Positions 1 to 11,013 of a stretch of 64,000 nucleotides of DNA are shown here, in pieces. The notes under the pieces are model-generated. The model searched no databases, was not told the origin of the DNA, and worked only from the letters and a program-made list of their open reading frames with translations. Position 1 is the first letter of the stretch. Each line of letters begins with the position of its first letter. The position numbers and the translations under genes were made by a program. The stretch is taken from assembly GCA_963981015.1 (NCBI GenBank), contig CAXCCG010000003.1:578-64577 (forward strand). The letters run 5' to 3'. The stretch is from an uncultured Gammaproteobacteria bacterium (GTDB lineage: Bacteria; Pseudomonadota; Gammaproteobacteria; GCF-002020875).

Positions 1-461
1 TAGCGATTCCGGACAACATTCTTCAGAAGCCGGCTAAGCTGAGCGATGAGGAATATGAGGTGATGAAGCAGCATACAGCCGCAGGACGAGACGTGATCGT
101 AGAGGCTGAATCGGTACTAGAGGAAGAACATCAGTTTTTGGTGATTGCACGAGAAATTACTTATCTACACCATGAAAAATGGGATGGTAGTGGATATCCA
201 CTCGGGTTGGCAGGTGAGAAGATTCCGCTCAGTGCGCGTATTATGGCGGTTGCAGATGTTTATGATGCATTGGTGAGCTATCGCGTTTACAAACCTGCAT
301 TCACGCAAGAAAGGTCGGTCTCTATTATTGAGGAAGGCCGTGGAAGCCATTTTGACCCGGATATAGTGGATGTATTTTTGGAAATAAAAGATCAATTCCA
401 CCAGATTTCAAAACAGTATTCGGATGAACCTGAACCAACCTCGGCAAAAAGCACCCGCTGA
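1..461 (+). CDS. HD-GYP domain phosphodiesterase / response regulator, C-terminal part (start lies upstream of window)
   Basis: ORF open to window edge; contains [11 protein letters not shown] (HD-GYP signature) motif. Confidence 0.7.
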   Translation, partial: AIPDNILQKPAKLSDEEYEVMKQHTAAGRDVIVEAESVLEEEHQFLVIAREITYLHHEKWDGSGYPLGLAGEKIPLSARIMAVADVYDALVSYRVYKPAFTQERSVSIIEEGRGSHFDPDIVDVFLEIKDQFHQISKQYSDEPEPTSAKSTR

Positions 462-474
462 TCATCATGAAGAG

Positions 475-529
475 TATTACGGTGACAGTTTACTAGCTAT
501 TACGGTGATATTACGGTGACAGTTTACTA
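475..529. repeat. 21-bp direct repeat TATTACGGTGACAGTTTACTA (2 full copies plus a partial TATTACGGTGA copy between them)
   Basis: read directly in sequence immediately 3' of the HD-GYP stop. Confidence 0.6.
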
Positions 530-845
530 AATACACTTAAGGAACCTCTGAACAAGTCTGGGTAATTTGAATTACGTCCATAGTGTCCAAGATCAAGGCG
601 AAGATCGCAGCCAATAGCAGGCTATTAGCAAGGTTTTCAACGAAGATATTGGACGCTATGGGCGTTAGGCATTTACACATGACTTATTCAGGGGTTCCTT
701 AACTTTCCACCTACGGACCGGACATCTTTTTCAAGGATGATATAGTTTTCTACAGTTCGACAAGAATATAAGCACGAGTGGTGAATGAGGCTGCTATTCT
801 AGCCCCCGATATCTTTCCTCAACCAACACGATCCATACTGCCCCA

Positions 846-1376
846 ATGAGACACCTTTTTTTCTCTTTCCTCTTTGCCATTTTCTTCTCACACACTTCAG
901 TTGCCGATCCACTACAGAGCCGTGATCTTTCGCAAATTGCTGCCACAGCCCATGAGAAGAGTGTCCCCATCCTGTTGATTGTCTCCCAGCACTATTGCCC
1001 ATTCTGTGAGCTGCTCAAGGAGGAGATCATCTACCCCACACAAAAGAGTGGTGGCTATGATGGTAAAGCGGTGATTGCTGAGATTCTGATCGACTCCCCC
1101 AAAGAGATCCGCGATTTCAGTGGCGACCCGGTCAAGCCTGCTGTACTTGCCGAGACCTATCAAGTTTGGGTGACACCGACCCTACTCTTTCTCGACCACA
1201 CTGGCAGAGAGATTCACAAACGTATGTTGGGGGTCAATACCATTGAGCTGTATGACTACTATCTGGACGAGTCTCTGACCGCTGCATTACAGGCCGTTCG
1301 TGGTGGCGACCGCAGTTATGAGACCACCCATGAGGATGTTGTTGGAGATGCACCGGGTTATGATCAGCTCCACTGA
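846..1376 (+). CDS. secreted thioredoxin-fold protein with CPFC (CxxC) motif
   Basis: N-terminal hydrophobic signal peptide (FSFLFAIFFSHTSVA), motif SQHYCPFCELLKEE typical of thioredoxin-like redox proteins. Confidence 0.5.
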   Translation: MRHLFFSFLFAIFFSHTSVADPLQSRDLSQIAATAHEKSVPILLIVSQHYCPFCELLKEEIIYPTQKSGGYDGKAVIAEILIDSPKEIRDFSGDPVKPAVLAETYQVWVTPTLLFLDHTGREIHKRMLGVNTIELYDYYLDESLTAALQAVRGGDRSYETTHEDVVGDAPGYDQLH

Positions 1377-1528
1377 TCTCGACGCTCACCAAGTAAATTC
1401 ACCCCCCCCCTCTGGATGAGGGCAATATTCGCCACCTCTATCGATCTGCATTTCCAAGCTCTTCCACCAACCTAAGGATCGAGAGCACGGTTGCATAGAT
1501 ACCCATGAAAACCGAAGGATAACGCTCT

Positions 1529-1756
1529 TTAGTGCATTAAATTTGCCGCTGGAAAGACGTTACTTTGCAGATAAGACTCTGTAGGCACGAAGTTGCTGTT
1601 GTTGTACTCAATCACATCTTTCAACTCTGAGACCAGTTGTGCTATCAGGTAATCTGTACGGATTTTAAGTGTTTCAGTCATATTATTGTCGGCATACCGG
1701 GATACGCTTTCAACCAAGCTCTCCATTAATACGGTATCTTTATTGTCACTATTCAT
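1529..1756 (-). CDS. small acidic hypothetical protein (75 aa)
   Basis: only ORF in a 680-bp gap; no recognisable motif. Confidence 0.2.
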   Translation of the reverse strand: MNSDNKDTVLMESLVESVSRYADNNMTETLKIRTDYLIAQLVSELKDVIEYNNSNFVPTESYLQSNVFPAANLMH

Positions 1757-2059
1757 TGAGTAATTTCTCCGTAATTGATTATTGGGGTAAACAATTACCT
1801 GTAGGATTCAAACTTCTGTTCAAACCTCTGTAGGGTCCATCCATTGGACCTGTTTACTAACGGCTACGAATACAATTCCTTAAGTAAGGAGTTCTTTACT
1901 GTTGGAGATCAGGCAAACCACATCATCGACACAAAATTGATCGACCCGGACTCCAAATCAGCGTATGATCTGCCTCTTTTTTAGGCACACTGAGTCCCAA
2001 AAGAGTTCCATGAACTCAAACCGACTCCGCTAGCCGTAGCAGACAACCTTTCAGACACT

Positions 2060-3049
2060 ATGCAGATTGGCCCTTACACACTCAAAAATGGTCTCATCCT
2101 CGCACCAATGGCAGGGGTGACAGACCGCCCGTTTCGTCAGTTGTGCCGAAGTTTGGGGGCAGGAATGGCGGTCTCGGAGATGGTCTCCTCTAACTCACTA
2201 TTATGGGGCAGCGAAAAAACCAGACGTCGTGCAGACCATCGGGGTGAAGAGACTCCGCGTTCTGTACAAATTATGGGGGCTGATCCCGCGATGATGGCTG
2301 AGGCTGCCCAATACAATGCGGATAACGGGGCGCAGATTATTGATATCAACATGGGCTGTCCCGCCAAGAAAGTGTGTAATGTTGCTGCTGGCTCTGCACT
2401 GATGAAAGATGAACCGCTGGTGAAAAAGATTCTTCAGGCGGTTGTCGCTGCAGTGGAGGTTCCAGTCACGCTGAAGATTCGTACCGGCTGGGATCAGGAG
2501 AACCGAAATGCGCTACAGATTGCACAGATAGCGGAGCAGTGCGGTATTCAGGCGCTGGCAGTTCATGGGCGCACCCGTGCAGATGGTTATCGTGGTGATG
2601 CGGAGTATGAGACAATTGCTACCATTAAACAGCAGGTCTCGATACCAATCATCGCCAACGGGGATATCACCACCCCCGAGAAGGCACTTGAGGTACAACA
2701 GAAAACAGGGGCCGACGGGCTGATGATTGGGCGGGCTGCACAGGGAAGACCGTGGATCTTCCGCTCCATCCTCTACTATCTGGAGCATGGTAAACAGTTA
2801 GCGGAGCCGGGGCCGGAAGAGATACGCGATCTACTGTTGGGACACCTTGAAAACCTTTACGACTTTTATGGAGAGCGTACCGGTGTGCGTGTTGCCCGTA
2901 AACATATCTCCTGGTACAGCAAGGGACAACGTCACGGTGCCGCCTTCCGCCAGCAGGTCAACCGTGTGGAATCGACTGAGGAACAACTACAAATGACCCG
3001 TAACTTCTTTGAAGAGATTATCCAGTCACAACAAGAGATTGCTGCATGA
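2060..3049 (+). CDS. dusB: tRNA-dihydrouridine synthase B
   Basis: N-terminus MQIGPYTLKNGLILAPMAGVTDRPFR and full-length similarity to DusB; followed by fis as in the conserved dusB-fis operon. Confidence 0.9.
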   Translation: MQIGPYTLKNGLILAPMAGVTDRPFRQLCRSLGAGMAVSEMVSSNSLLWGSEKTRRRADHRGEETPRSVQIMGADPAMMAEAAQYNADNGAQIIDINMGCPAKKVCNVAAGSALMKDEPLVKKILQAVVAAVEVPVTLKIRTGWDQENRNALQIAQIAEQCGIQALAVHGRTRADGYRGDAEYETIATIKQQVSIPIIANGDITTPEKALEVQQKTGADGLMIGRAAQGRPWIFRSILYYLEHGKQLAEPGPEEIRDLLLGHLENLYDFYGERTGVRVARKHISWYSKGQRHGAAFRQQVNRVESTEEQLQMTRNFFEEIIQSQQEIAA

Positions 3050-3321
3050 GCGAACAGGGAGACAAGCGCTGTAACTCAATGCGTGACTGCATCCGCAGTA
3101 ATCTACAAGAATTTTTTGAGCATCTGGAAGATGCCAAGACCTATGACCTCTACCAGCGTATCCTGCATGAGGTCGAACAGCCGATGCTTGAGCTATCTCT
3201 GCAGCGTTGTGGCTGGAATCAGTCACGTACTGCCAAGATGTTGGGGATTAACCGCAACACTCTGAAAAAGAAGATCGACCAATACAATATTCAACCCACC
3301 CCTCAACAACCATCTGAATAA
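3046..3321 (+). CDS. fis: DNA-binding protein Fis
   Basis: HEVEQPML...NQSRTAKMLGINRNTLKKKI matches Fis HTH; 4-bp overlap with dusB. Confidence 0.9.
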   Translation: MSEQGDKRCNSMRDCIRSNLQEFFEHLEDAKTYDLYQRILHEVEQPMLELSLQRCGWNQSRTAKMLGINRNTLKKKIDQYNIQPTPQQPSE

Positions 3322-3342
3322 CACCACCAAAGGATTGAACGC

Positions 3343-4899
3343 ATGAAAATTACCCGCGCACTGATCAGTGTCTCTGATAAAACCGGAATTGTCCCTTTCG
3401 CTGAGCAACTGGCACAACAGGGTGTTGAGATTCTCTCTACCGGAGGCACGGCCAAACTTCTTGCTGAAAGTGGCGTGGCCGTCACCGAGGTCTCTGACTA
3501 TACCGGCTTTCCTGAGATGATGGATGGGCGGGTCAAGACGTTACACCCCAAGGTCCATGGTGGACTGCTCGGTCGTCGCGGTGTCGATGATGCGGTGATG
3601 GAAGAACATGCGATTCCACCGATTGATCTGGTGGTTGTTAATCTCTACCCCTTTGAGGCGACTATCGCCCGTCCAGACTGTGATCTGCCGATGGCGATTG
3701 AGAATATTGATATTGGTGGCCCCACCATGTTGCGTGCTGCTGCGAAAAATCACCTGGCTGTAACCGTTGTAGTCGACAGTGCTGACTATGAACTGATCTT
3801 GAATGAGATGAGGGAAAATGGGGGTGGCGTGAGCGATGATATCCGTTTCCACCTTGCGGTGAAGACCTTTGAACACACTGCCGGCTATGATGGGGCAATT
3901 GCCAACTACCTCGGCTTCTTTAATAAAGATGGTGCCAAATCAGAGTTCCCTCACACTTATAACAGCCAATACATCAAGGCGCAGGAGATGCGCTACGGTG
4001 AGAATCCTCACCAGAAGGCTGCCTTCTACGTGGAGGCCAATGCTGCAGAGGGTTCCATTGCCACCGCCAAACAGGTTCAGGGCAAAGAGCTCTCCTACAA
4101 CAATATCGGAGATACCGATGCTGCTCTGGAGTGTGTAAAGCAGTTTGATGAGAGCCCCGCCTGTGTCATCGTCAAACATGCCAACCCCTGTGGAGTTGCG
4201 TATGGTGAGAGCCTGCTGGAGTCCTATGACCGCGCCTATGCCACTGACCCTGAGTCTGCTTTTGGTGGCATCATCGCCTTCAACCAGCCTCTTGACGGAG
4301 AGACAGCACGCGCCATTATAGATCGCCAATTTGTCGAGGTGATCATCGCACCAGCGATATCCGATGAGGCGGTCGCAATCATCAGTGAGAAAAAGAATAT
4401 ACGACTTCTGGTCTCTGGCTCTTGGGCTGAGAACCAAACACGCATCGACCTGAAGCGCGTCAATGGTGGACTGCTGGTACAGGATGCTGACCTGCTACTC
4501 ACCAACGAGATTCAAGTTGTCACCAAGCGTGAACCCACACCACAGGAGATGGATGACCTGCTGTTTAGCTGGAAAGTGGCCAAATTTGTGAAATCCAATG
4601 CCATTGTCTATGGCAAGAGTAATATGACCATCGGTGTAGGAGCGGGCCAGATGAGCCGTATCAATTCGGCCCGTATCGCTGGCATCAAGGCCGAACATGC
4701 CGGTCTGGAGGTTCCTGGGTCGGTGATGGCCTCTGATGCCTTCTTCCCGTTTCGTGACGGCATTGATGCCGCACAGGAGGCGGGTATCGTTGCGGTAATT
4801 CAGCCCGGTGGCTCAATGCGTGATGATGAGGTGATTGCTGCTGCAGATGAGCATGGAATGGCCATGGTGTTTACCGGGATGCGTCACTTCAGACACTAA
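3343..4899 (+). CDS. purH: bifunctional AICAR transformylase / IMP cyclohydrolase
   Basis: [17 protein letters not shown]... MGS-like and AICARFT domains, 518 aa. Confidence 0.95.
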   Translation: MKITRALISVSDKTGIVPFAEQLAQQGVEILSTGGTAKLLAESGVAVTEVSDYTGFPEMMDGRVKTLHPKVHGGLLGRRGVDDAVMEEHAIPPIDLVVVNLYPFEATIARPDCDLPMAIENIDIGGPTMLRAAAKNHLAVTVVVDSADYELILNEMRENGGGVSDDIRFHLAVKTFEHTAGYDGAIANYLGFFNKDGAKSEFPHTYNSQYIKAQEMRYGENPHQKAAFYVEANAAEGSIATAKQVQGKELSYNNIGDTDAALECVKQFDESPACVIVKHANPCGVAYGESLLESYDRAYATDPESAFGGIIAFNQPLDGETARAIIDRQFVEVIIAPAISDEAVAIISEKKNIRLLVSGSWAENQTRIDLKRVNGGLLVQDADLLLTNEIQVVTKREPTPQEMDDLLFSWKVAKFVKSNAIVYGKSNMTIGVGAGQMSRINSARIAGIKAEHAGLEVPGSVMASDAFFPFRDGIDAAQEAGIVAVIQPGGSMRDDEVIAAADEHGMAMVFTGMRHFRH

Positions 4900-5077
4900 T
4901 CACCTGAATTCAAACGCTCTTATTCAGTCAGTTTTGCTGTACTGAAGAGAGCTAGTTATAAAGTGTTGCATAAATTCATGCTCTCTACCCCAGCCCTCCC
5001 CCTGCAGAGGGAAGGGTTTGGTGTATGAAGAAACTTATGCAGCTATTGATAAAGAGTCACTTAGAGAGTTAATAGAG

Positions 5078-6361
5078 ATGAAAATACTGGTCATTGGAAG
5101 TGGTGGGCGTGAACATGCATTGGCCTGGAAGGCGGCACAGTCAAACAAAGTTGAGCAGGTCTATGTAGCCCCCGGAAACGCCGGTACCGCAGGTGAGCCA
5201 AAACTGGAGAATGTTGCGATTGATGTAGAGGCGATTGACCGGTTGGTCGAGTTTGCCGCTGACCATGCTGTTGATCTCACCATTGTGGGGCCAGAAGTGC
5301 CTTTGGTACTGGGTGTGGTGGATGCCTTCCAGAGCGCAGGACTGCGCTGTTTTGGTCCAGGGAAAGGGGCTGCACAACTGGAGGGGTCTAAATCCTTCAC
5401 CAAGGATTTTCTGGCACGCCATAACATCCCTACGGCTGCCTACGGTAACTTTACCGATATTGATAAGGCGATCCGCTACCTGCATCAGGTGGGGGCACCT
5501 ATCGTAGTCAAGGCTGATGGACTGGCGGCAGGCAAGGGGGTGATTCTGGCCCAGACTATCGAACAAGCGGAGTCTGCAATACGTGATATGTTGGCCGGTA
5601 ATGCCTTTGGTGATGCCGGTCACAAGGTGGTAATTGAAGAGTTTCTCATGGGCGAGGAGGCCAGTTTTATTGTGATTGCCGATGGCAAGAATGTGCTGCC
5701 GATGGTCACCTCTCAAGACCACAAGGCGCGAGATAATGGTGATCTGGGGCCCAATACCGGCGGCATGGGTGCCTACTCCCCTGCACCGGTAGTCACTCAA
5801 GAGATTCATGATCGAGTGATGAAAGAGGTGATCTACCCAACTATCGAGGGGATGGCTGCTGAAGGAAATGCATTTACCGGCTTTCTCTATGCCGGTCTGA
5901 TGATCGATTCTGAGGGGACACCCAAGGTACTGGAGTACAACGTACGTTTTGGAGACCCTGAGACTCAACCGATCATGCTGCGTCTACAGTCTGACCTGGT
6001 TGACCTCTGTAACGCCGCAATTGATCAGGAGTTGGACCAGATCGAAGCTGTGTGGGACCCTCGCCCCTCGCTGGGGGTTGTGCTGGCCGCAGGTGGCTAC
6101 CCGGAAAGTTACCGTAAGGGAGATACCATTTACGGGCTCCCCAGCGAAGAGTTGACCGATATGAAGGTATTCCATGCCGGTACTGCCGAACTGGATGGTG
6201 AGGTGGTTACAGCGGGGGGCCGTGTACTCTGTGCCTGCGCACTGGGTGAAACGGTCTCTGAGGCACAACAAAAGGCGTATACGCTGGTAGAGCAGATCCA
6301 GTGGGATCAACTCTATTTTCGTACTGACATTGGTTATCGTGCGATTGCCCGCGAGAAGTGA
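5078..6361 (+). CDS. purD: phosphoribosylamine--glycine ligase
   Basis: MKILVIGSGGREHALAWK N-terminus (internal Met chosen over the ORF's 20-aa extension), ATP-grasp. Confidence 0.9.
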   Translation: MKILVIGSGGREHALAWKAAQSNKVEQVYVAPGNAGTAGEPKLENVAIDVEAIDRLVEFAADHAVDLTIVGPEVPLVLGVVDAFQSAGLRCFGPGKGAAQLEGSKSFTKDFLARHNIPTAAYGNFTDIDKAIRYLHQVGAPIVVKADGLAAGKGVILAQTIEQAESAIRDMLAGNAFGDAGHKVVIEEFLMGEEASFIVIADGKNVLPMVTSQDHKARDNGDLGPNTGGMGAYSPAPVVTQEIHDRVMKEVIYPTIEGMAAEGNAFTGFLYAGLMIDSEGTPKVLEYNVRFGDPETQPIMLRLQSDLVDLCNAAIDQELDQIEAVWDPRPSLGVVLAAGGYPESYRKGDTIYGLPSEELTDMKVFHAGTAELDGEVVTAGGRVLCACALGETVSEAQQKAYTLVEQIQWDQLYFRTDIGYRAIAREK

Positions 6362-6435
6362 TAGGGGTTCTGAAGATGGCTCTTGAGTGTAGATCTTGAG
6401 TATGCCTGTTGAGGCTGCCTCTAATAATGCATTTT

Positions 6436-7014
6436 TCAGCGATGACCGTAACTCTGCAGTAACTCATAGATCGTCTGCTGCTTGCGCCATGATGATTCCG
6501 TCAATGCCGTCTCTCCATAATTGTTGGCTTGATTTGGGTTTGCCCCATACTTTAGCAACAGCTTAACCATCTGTAGCTGGTCACGTTGCACCATAAGCAG
6601 CAACAAGGTATCCCCAAACTGGTTGGCTAGCAGGGGGTCTGCCCCCTGATTTAGTAGCAGTTGTAACATCTCGGGTGACTGTGCCAGTAAAATCGCGAAC
6701 TGCCCGCTGGCACTGGGCTGATTGATAAGCAGTGACAGTGACCTCTGTCGCGCAAATTTACGCAGCCCTGAAAAATCGTCGGTCCAGACCAGATGGTGTA
6801 ACTCGCTCAATAGTGCTGAATCATCCGTTTCCAGAGACTCCGACCTTCCCCAGGAGGAGCTGCTCAACGCCTGTTCACCCCACCAGCCACGCATCACCCC
6901 AATCTCATCCCCAAGAGCTACCACCGCTCCAGGAGTGATACATGAAATTACCAGCAGAAAAGCCCACAGATGTCTTACAACGCCCCCTGTTTTATCCACG
7001 CATTTAATCCCCAT
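6436..7014 (-). CDS. secreted ankyrin-repeat protein
   Basis: signal peptide followed by repeats of the ...GADPLLANQFGDTLLLLMV... / LLLKYGANPNQANNYGETAL type (ankyrin consensus). Confidence 0.7.
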   Translation of the reverse strand: MGIKCVDKTGGVVRHLWAFLLVISCITPGAVVALGDEIGVMRGWWGEQALSSSSWGRSESLETDDSALLSELHHLVWTDDFSGLRKFARQRSLSLLINQPSASGQFAILLAQSPEMLQLLLNQGADPLLANQFGDTLLLLMVQRDQLQMVKLLLKYGANPNQANNYGETALTESSWRKQQTIYELLQSYGHR

Positions 7015-7440
7015 TCAGTACTGCAAGTGCGCTCTTCCACAATCTTTACAGGCCAAACGGAGAACAACTACCACGGTTACGACCCCTAATAAAACCAATA
7101 CTGTTGTTCCCATACCCCCCCCTGTGCTTATCATATGCTTACTGATCAACTACCATAACTCAGTGATTGCTGTGCTTGTATACATAACCACCACTGCGTG
7201 CCATTACACGCATAAAACGGCGTGTCACCCCTGCCTTCCACCCTATTTCACACTCATGCGAGAAACCACCTATCGCCTCATCTGCTTTTTTTCTCGCAGC
7301 TGTATTCTGCTCACAACTAACTTCCCGATCAAATCTTGGAAATGGTGCCATAACAAACCTCCTATTCTCGGACAGTTACCTAGTTATAGCCCAACCAAAT
7401 AATTACTCAATACGTATATATGCGTATTTTATAATCAAGA

Positions 7441-7625
7441 GCATTACCCGTAGAGTGATATTGGCTGCACGATGTGGTGGAGAGAAGTTTGCAATTATTC
7501 TTCCAAATACCATTAGTAGTAAAGCACTAACGGTTATTGATCAAGGGCTTTATGCGGAAAAAGAGAGGGCTGGAAACCACTCATCTATCTATCCACAGAG
7601 AGGTATCGGGCTAAGGAACCCCTGA
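7441..7625 (+). pseudogene. remnant of a GGDEF (diguanylate cyclase) domain C-terminus
   Basis: frame translates to ...ARCGGEKFAIILPNTISSKALTVIDQGLYAEKERAGN*, matching the RxGGEEFxxxLP...LYxAKxxGRN end of GGDEF domains; no upstream start. Confidence 0.5.
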
Positions 7626-7631
7626 GGTTCC

Positions 7632-8774
7632 CTAACTCTTTTCTGAACCACCCGAACCTGAACTATCCGAATCTACACCGCCATCCATCATCTCAAGCTC
7701 CTCATCGAGCAACTTCTCTGATGCTTCATCAAGTGGGCCATAACGGTCTGAGAGAGGCGGTTCGTAGTGGTCAAGCCGTACATTGTCAGCAATTTTCTGT
7801 GCCTCTTTACGGGCGCGTTCTTCACGTTCCCGTGCCTCCTCAGCATCCTCTTCGGCCTCAATTTTATCCAGCTCTGCCTCCATCTCTTCCTCTGTGGGGC
7901 CAACGTCTACAGCACTCTTTTCCGCTGATGCAGGGGATGACTCTGAATCAGTATGGCTGCTCTTGTCCTGAGCGCTCTCTGACGCAGGGGCACTCTTCTC
8001 TATCTCAGGATCTGTCTCAGGGTCTGGATCATCCTCTTCCTCCTTGGACATAAAGAGAGGCGCAAAGAGAATCCCCGCCTCGAACAGTAGCCACATTGGA
8101 ATGGCCAACAGTGTTTGTGAGATCATGTCAGGAGGCGTTAGCAACATACCCAACACAAAGGCTCCAACGATCACATAGGCGCGCTTCTCGCGCAGTTTAT
8201 CCGGTGTTGTGGTTCCCATCCAGCACAGCAATATGGTCGCTATGGGTACCTCAAAAGCGATCCCAAAGGCAAAGAAGAGCTTCAACACAAAGTCCAGATA
8301 ATCTTTCATATCCGGCATGACCTCGACACCCTCAGGCGCCGTGGTGGTGAGGAAAGCAAAAATCAGCGGGAAGACCACATAGTATGCGAAAGCCATTCCG
8401 ATGTAGAAAAGAAGTGTACTGGAGACCGCCAACGGCATCACCAGCCTTCGCTCATGTTTGTAGAGTCCTGGCGCGACAAAACCCCATACCTGGTAGAGCA
8501 CATAGGGGATTGCGATATAAAAAGAGAGAACCAGCGTCAGTTTAAACGGGGTCAGGAACGGAGAGATCACACCGGTTGCCACCATGCTCTGCCCTTCCGG
8601 CAGTAGCTCCATTAATGGAGTCGCAATATAGTGGTAGATATCATTGGCAAAGGCAAATAGCCCAAGAAAGAGAATCACAATAGCCAGCACGATGCGCAGC
8701 AGTCGATCCCGCAACTCAATCAGATGGCTGACAAACGGTTGCTCAGCCCCGATACCACGTCCGGCATCACTCAT
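7632..8774 (-). CDS. tatC: Sec-independent translocase TatC with long acidic C-terminal extension
   Basis: six-TM TatC core (~250 aa) then ~130 aa E/D/S-rich tail. Confidence 0.9.
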   Translation of the reverse strand: MSDAGRGIGAEQPFVSHLIELRDRLLRIVLAIVILFLGLFAFANDIYHYIATPLMELLPEGQSMVATGVISPFLTPFKLTLVLSFYIAIPYVLYQVWGFVAPGLYKHERRLVMPLAVSSTLLFYIGMAFAYYVVFPLIFAFLTTTAPEGVEVMPDMKDYLDFVLKLFFAFGIAFEVPIATILLCWMGTTTPDKLREKRAYVIVGAFVLGMLLTPPDMISQTLLAIPMWLLFEAGILFAPLFMSKEEEDDPDPETDPEIEKSAPASESAQDKSSHTDSESSPASAEKSAVDVGPTEEEMEAELDKIEAEEDAEEAREREERARKEAQKIADNVRLDHYEPPLSDRYGPLDEASEKLLDEELEMMDGGVDSDSSGSGGSEKS

Positions 8775-9154
8775 AAACGGTGCTCATTCTGCGCTTCTGT
8801 AGAGGTCCCGTGATCGCTGTCACTACTCTCGCTATTCTGAGGCAACGCATTGGTTGCACTCACTGCCTCTTCTGTTGCCTGATGAAACTCCTGCAGGTCA
8901 GCCTTTGTCTCTTCAAGGATCTCATGCATTCCCGCTGTTGCAGCATGCTTCTCCATCACTTTTTTCATCTCATCGGCTTTGAGTTCACGATCAATATCTG
9001 CCTTGACCGAACCAATAAAACGGGAAATTTTTCCAAACCACTTACCTGCTGTTCTCGCAAGACCGGGCATACGCTCAGGTCCCACCACGATCAGTGTAAC
9101 CACACCGATAATAGCCAGTTCCCAGAATCCAATATCAAACATAGAGAGATCCAA
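8771..9154 (-). CDS. tatB: Sec-independent translocase TatB
   Basis: [26 protein letters not shown] TatA/B N-terminus, 127 aa, overlaps tatC start. Confidence 0.85.
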   Translation of the reverse strand: MDLSMFDIGFWELAIIGVVTLIVVGPERMPGLARTAGKWFGKISRFIGSVKADIDRELKADEMKKVMEKHAATAGMHEILEETKADLQEFHQATEEAVSATNALPQNSESSDSDHGTSTEAQNEHRL

Positions 9155-9234
9155 TAGAGGGGCGAAGCGCCCCTAGTCAAGAGTTTAAGAGTTAAGATTG
9201 TGTGGAGTGGTGGGTGCCGCAGCACCCCTCACCA

Positions 9235-9474
9235 TTAAACTTTCTCTTTCTCTTCGACCTTTTCACCTTCAACCACATTCTCTTCAGCCTGGTTGAGTTG
9301 AGGGGCCTCAGCAGTCTTTTCAGCACTGCCTCCATCTTTGACAGCCGATTTAAAACTCTTGATTGCACCACCAAGATCGCCACCTACATTTTTCAGCTTT
9401 TTGGTTCCAAAAATAAGGATTACCAAAACCAAAATGATCAGCAACTGCCAGATTCCAATACCTCCAACGCCCAT
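9235..9474 (-). CDS. tatA: Sec-independent translocase TatA
   Basis: [29 protein letters not shown] TatA signature, 79 aa. Confidence 0.85.
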   Translation of the reverse strand: MGVGGIGIWQLLIILVLVILIFGTKKLKNVGGDLGGAIKSFKSAVKDGGSAEKTAEAPQLNQAEENVVEGEKVEEKEKV

Positions 9475-9542
9475 TGTAACAACTCCCTTCTTTATTATGA
9501 TGTGGTCGGCACGACGTAACCGAGCCGGTGATTATAATGTCT

Positions 9543-9881
9543 TTATCCAAATCCGGGGAGACTTTTCCCTCCCAGTAGATGAATGTGCAGATGGAAGACC
9601 ACCTGACCTCCACCCGGACCAGTATTGATGATGGTCCGAAACCCCGTTTCCAACCCCTGTTGCTCTGCAATTTCCGGTAATTTACGCATCATTCGCGCAA
9701 CCACACCGTCATCGCTCTGAGTCAATGTGGCCAAACTCTCGGTGTGTTGTTTGGGGATCATCAACAGATGAACCTCTGCTTTAGGGTAGAGGTCCTTAAA
9801 CACCAAGACCTCATCATCCTCATACACCACATCTGCAGGCACATCGCCCTCTACCATTTTACAAAACAGACAGTCACTCAT
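9543..9881 (-). CDS. HIT-family (histidine triad) nucleotide hydrolase
   Basis: HLHIHLLGG histidine triad motif. Confidence 0.8.
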   Translation of the reverse strand: MSDCLFCKMVEGDVPADVVYEDDEVLVFKDLYPKAEVHLLMIPKQHTESLATLTQSDDGVVARMMRKLPEIAEQQGLETGFRTIINTGPGGGQVVFHLHIHLLGGKSLPGFG

Positions 9882-9980
9882 GTTCTACTCCAAACCAGTA
9901 CTCTGGCAAGCTAGGATTAACGATAGTCAGAGAAGCCCATGAGCTTGTCCGAAAAAAGAGAGCCCACTGCGGGAAAGCTC

Positions 9981-10295
9981 CTAACCACGCGAGGCCTTCT
10001 CTTCATGCCCTGAAAGACCGAAGCGGCGCTCCAGCTCTTCCAGAACCTGATCATGCCCAATCTCTTGTTGCGAGAGCAGCACCATACAGTGAAACCAGAG
10101 ATCGGCCATCTCATAAATCACCTGCTCCCGCTCCCCCCCCTTGGCGGCAATCACCGTCTCCGTCGCCTCCTCTCCAATCTTCTTCAGAATGGTATCTAAC
10201 CCTTTCTGATAGAGATGGGATACGTAAGAACTCTCCGGTTCGGCCTGCTTCCTCTGCTCCAGCACTTCTGCCAGCGCATTCAATACTTCACTCAC
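9981..10295 (-). CDS. hisE: phosphoribosyl-ATP pyrophosphatase
   Basis: [29 protein letters not shown], 104 aa MazG-like HisE. Confidence 0.85.
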   Translation of the reverse strand: MSEVLNALAEVLEQRKQAEPESSYVSHLYQKGLDTILKKIGEEATETVIAAKGGEREQVIYEMADLWFHCMVLLSQQEIGHDQVLEELERRFGLSGHEEKASRG

Positions 10296-11013
10296 CTGTC
10301 TCTCCCACTTTCTGGCTTTCTGTTTTCTGATTGAGTAGCTCTTTCAAACGACGTAGACCACTGGAACGATTCTTGACAGGTCGCTTGATAATCTCCTCCG
10401 TAGTGATGCCAGGCTGATCATAAAAGGCGCTATTCGCCTCTTCATCAATGGTTAATGCAGAACCATCCAACGCTACGCCCACAAATAACCCACGGCTACG
10501 GGACCAGGAGTAGATCTCACTATCCAGTGAGGTATCTGTCGCTAACGTCGCATCCCGACCCACAGGACCCGCACTGATTGCCGCATCCACACCTAAAGTC
10601 AGTTTTCCATCCAACAGACTGTCGATGCTGTAGGGGCGCTTGAAGGAGAGAATCAAATCACTGGACTGTGCCCCGATCTGATACCCCACACTGGCGCCAC
10701 TCATAGAGACAAAGACAGGATCATTCCACCCTTCTCCCTGCCGAAACAGCATAATACCGCTACCATGGCTTAACCCCACACCCCAGCCGACACTGAGCAT
10801 ACCCGGCAAAATCACCACACCATCCCCCTGCTGTAGCAGAGAGGCTGGAATAGAATCTTCATCAGGTTCATTCAGAATATCTTCCAGTACCTGAACGGCT
10901 GACCAGATGGTTGCGGTCTCTTGTCCACCGGCAATCCCCTCCAGAGGAAGCAACATCGACAGCAGTAGAACCAGCGTCGTGATGAGTGGCGATTTCCGCA
11001 AGGCCAGTCTCAT
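10288..11013 (-). CDS. secreted SYLF (Ysc84/DUF500-like) domain protein
   Basis: signal peptide; Gly-rich ...[22 protein letters not shown]... and ...[19 protein letters not shown]... blocks typical of SYLF domains; overlaps hisE and hisI ends. Confidence 0.55.
   Translation of the reverse strand: MRLALRKSPLITTLVLLLSMLLPLEGIAGGQETATIWSAVQVLEDILNEPDEDSIPASLLQQGDGVVILPGMLSVGWGVGLSHGSGIMLFRQGEGWNDPVFVSMSGASVGYQIGAQSSDLILSFKRPYSIDSLLDGKLTLGVDAAISAGPVGRDATLATDTSLDSEIYSWSRSRGLFVGVALDGSALTIDEEANSAFYDQPGITTEEIIKRPVKNRSSGLRRLKELLNQKTESQKVGETGE

Noticed and set aside
5141-5968. 275-aa minus-strand ORF inside purD
   Set aside because: Antisense to a highly conserved purD; no motifs.
7160-7351. 63-aa minus-strand ORF in the ankyrin upstream region
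   Set aside because: No motif, no RBS evident, lies in a probable promoter region.
6722-7402. 226-aa + strand ORF overlapping the ankyrin gene
   Set aside because: Low-complexity Thr/Pro-rich translation, antisense to a well-supported gene; likely spurious.
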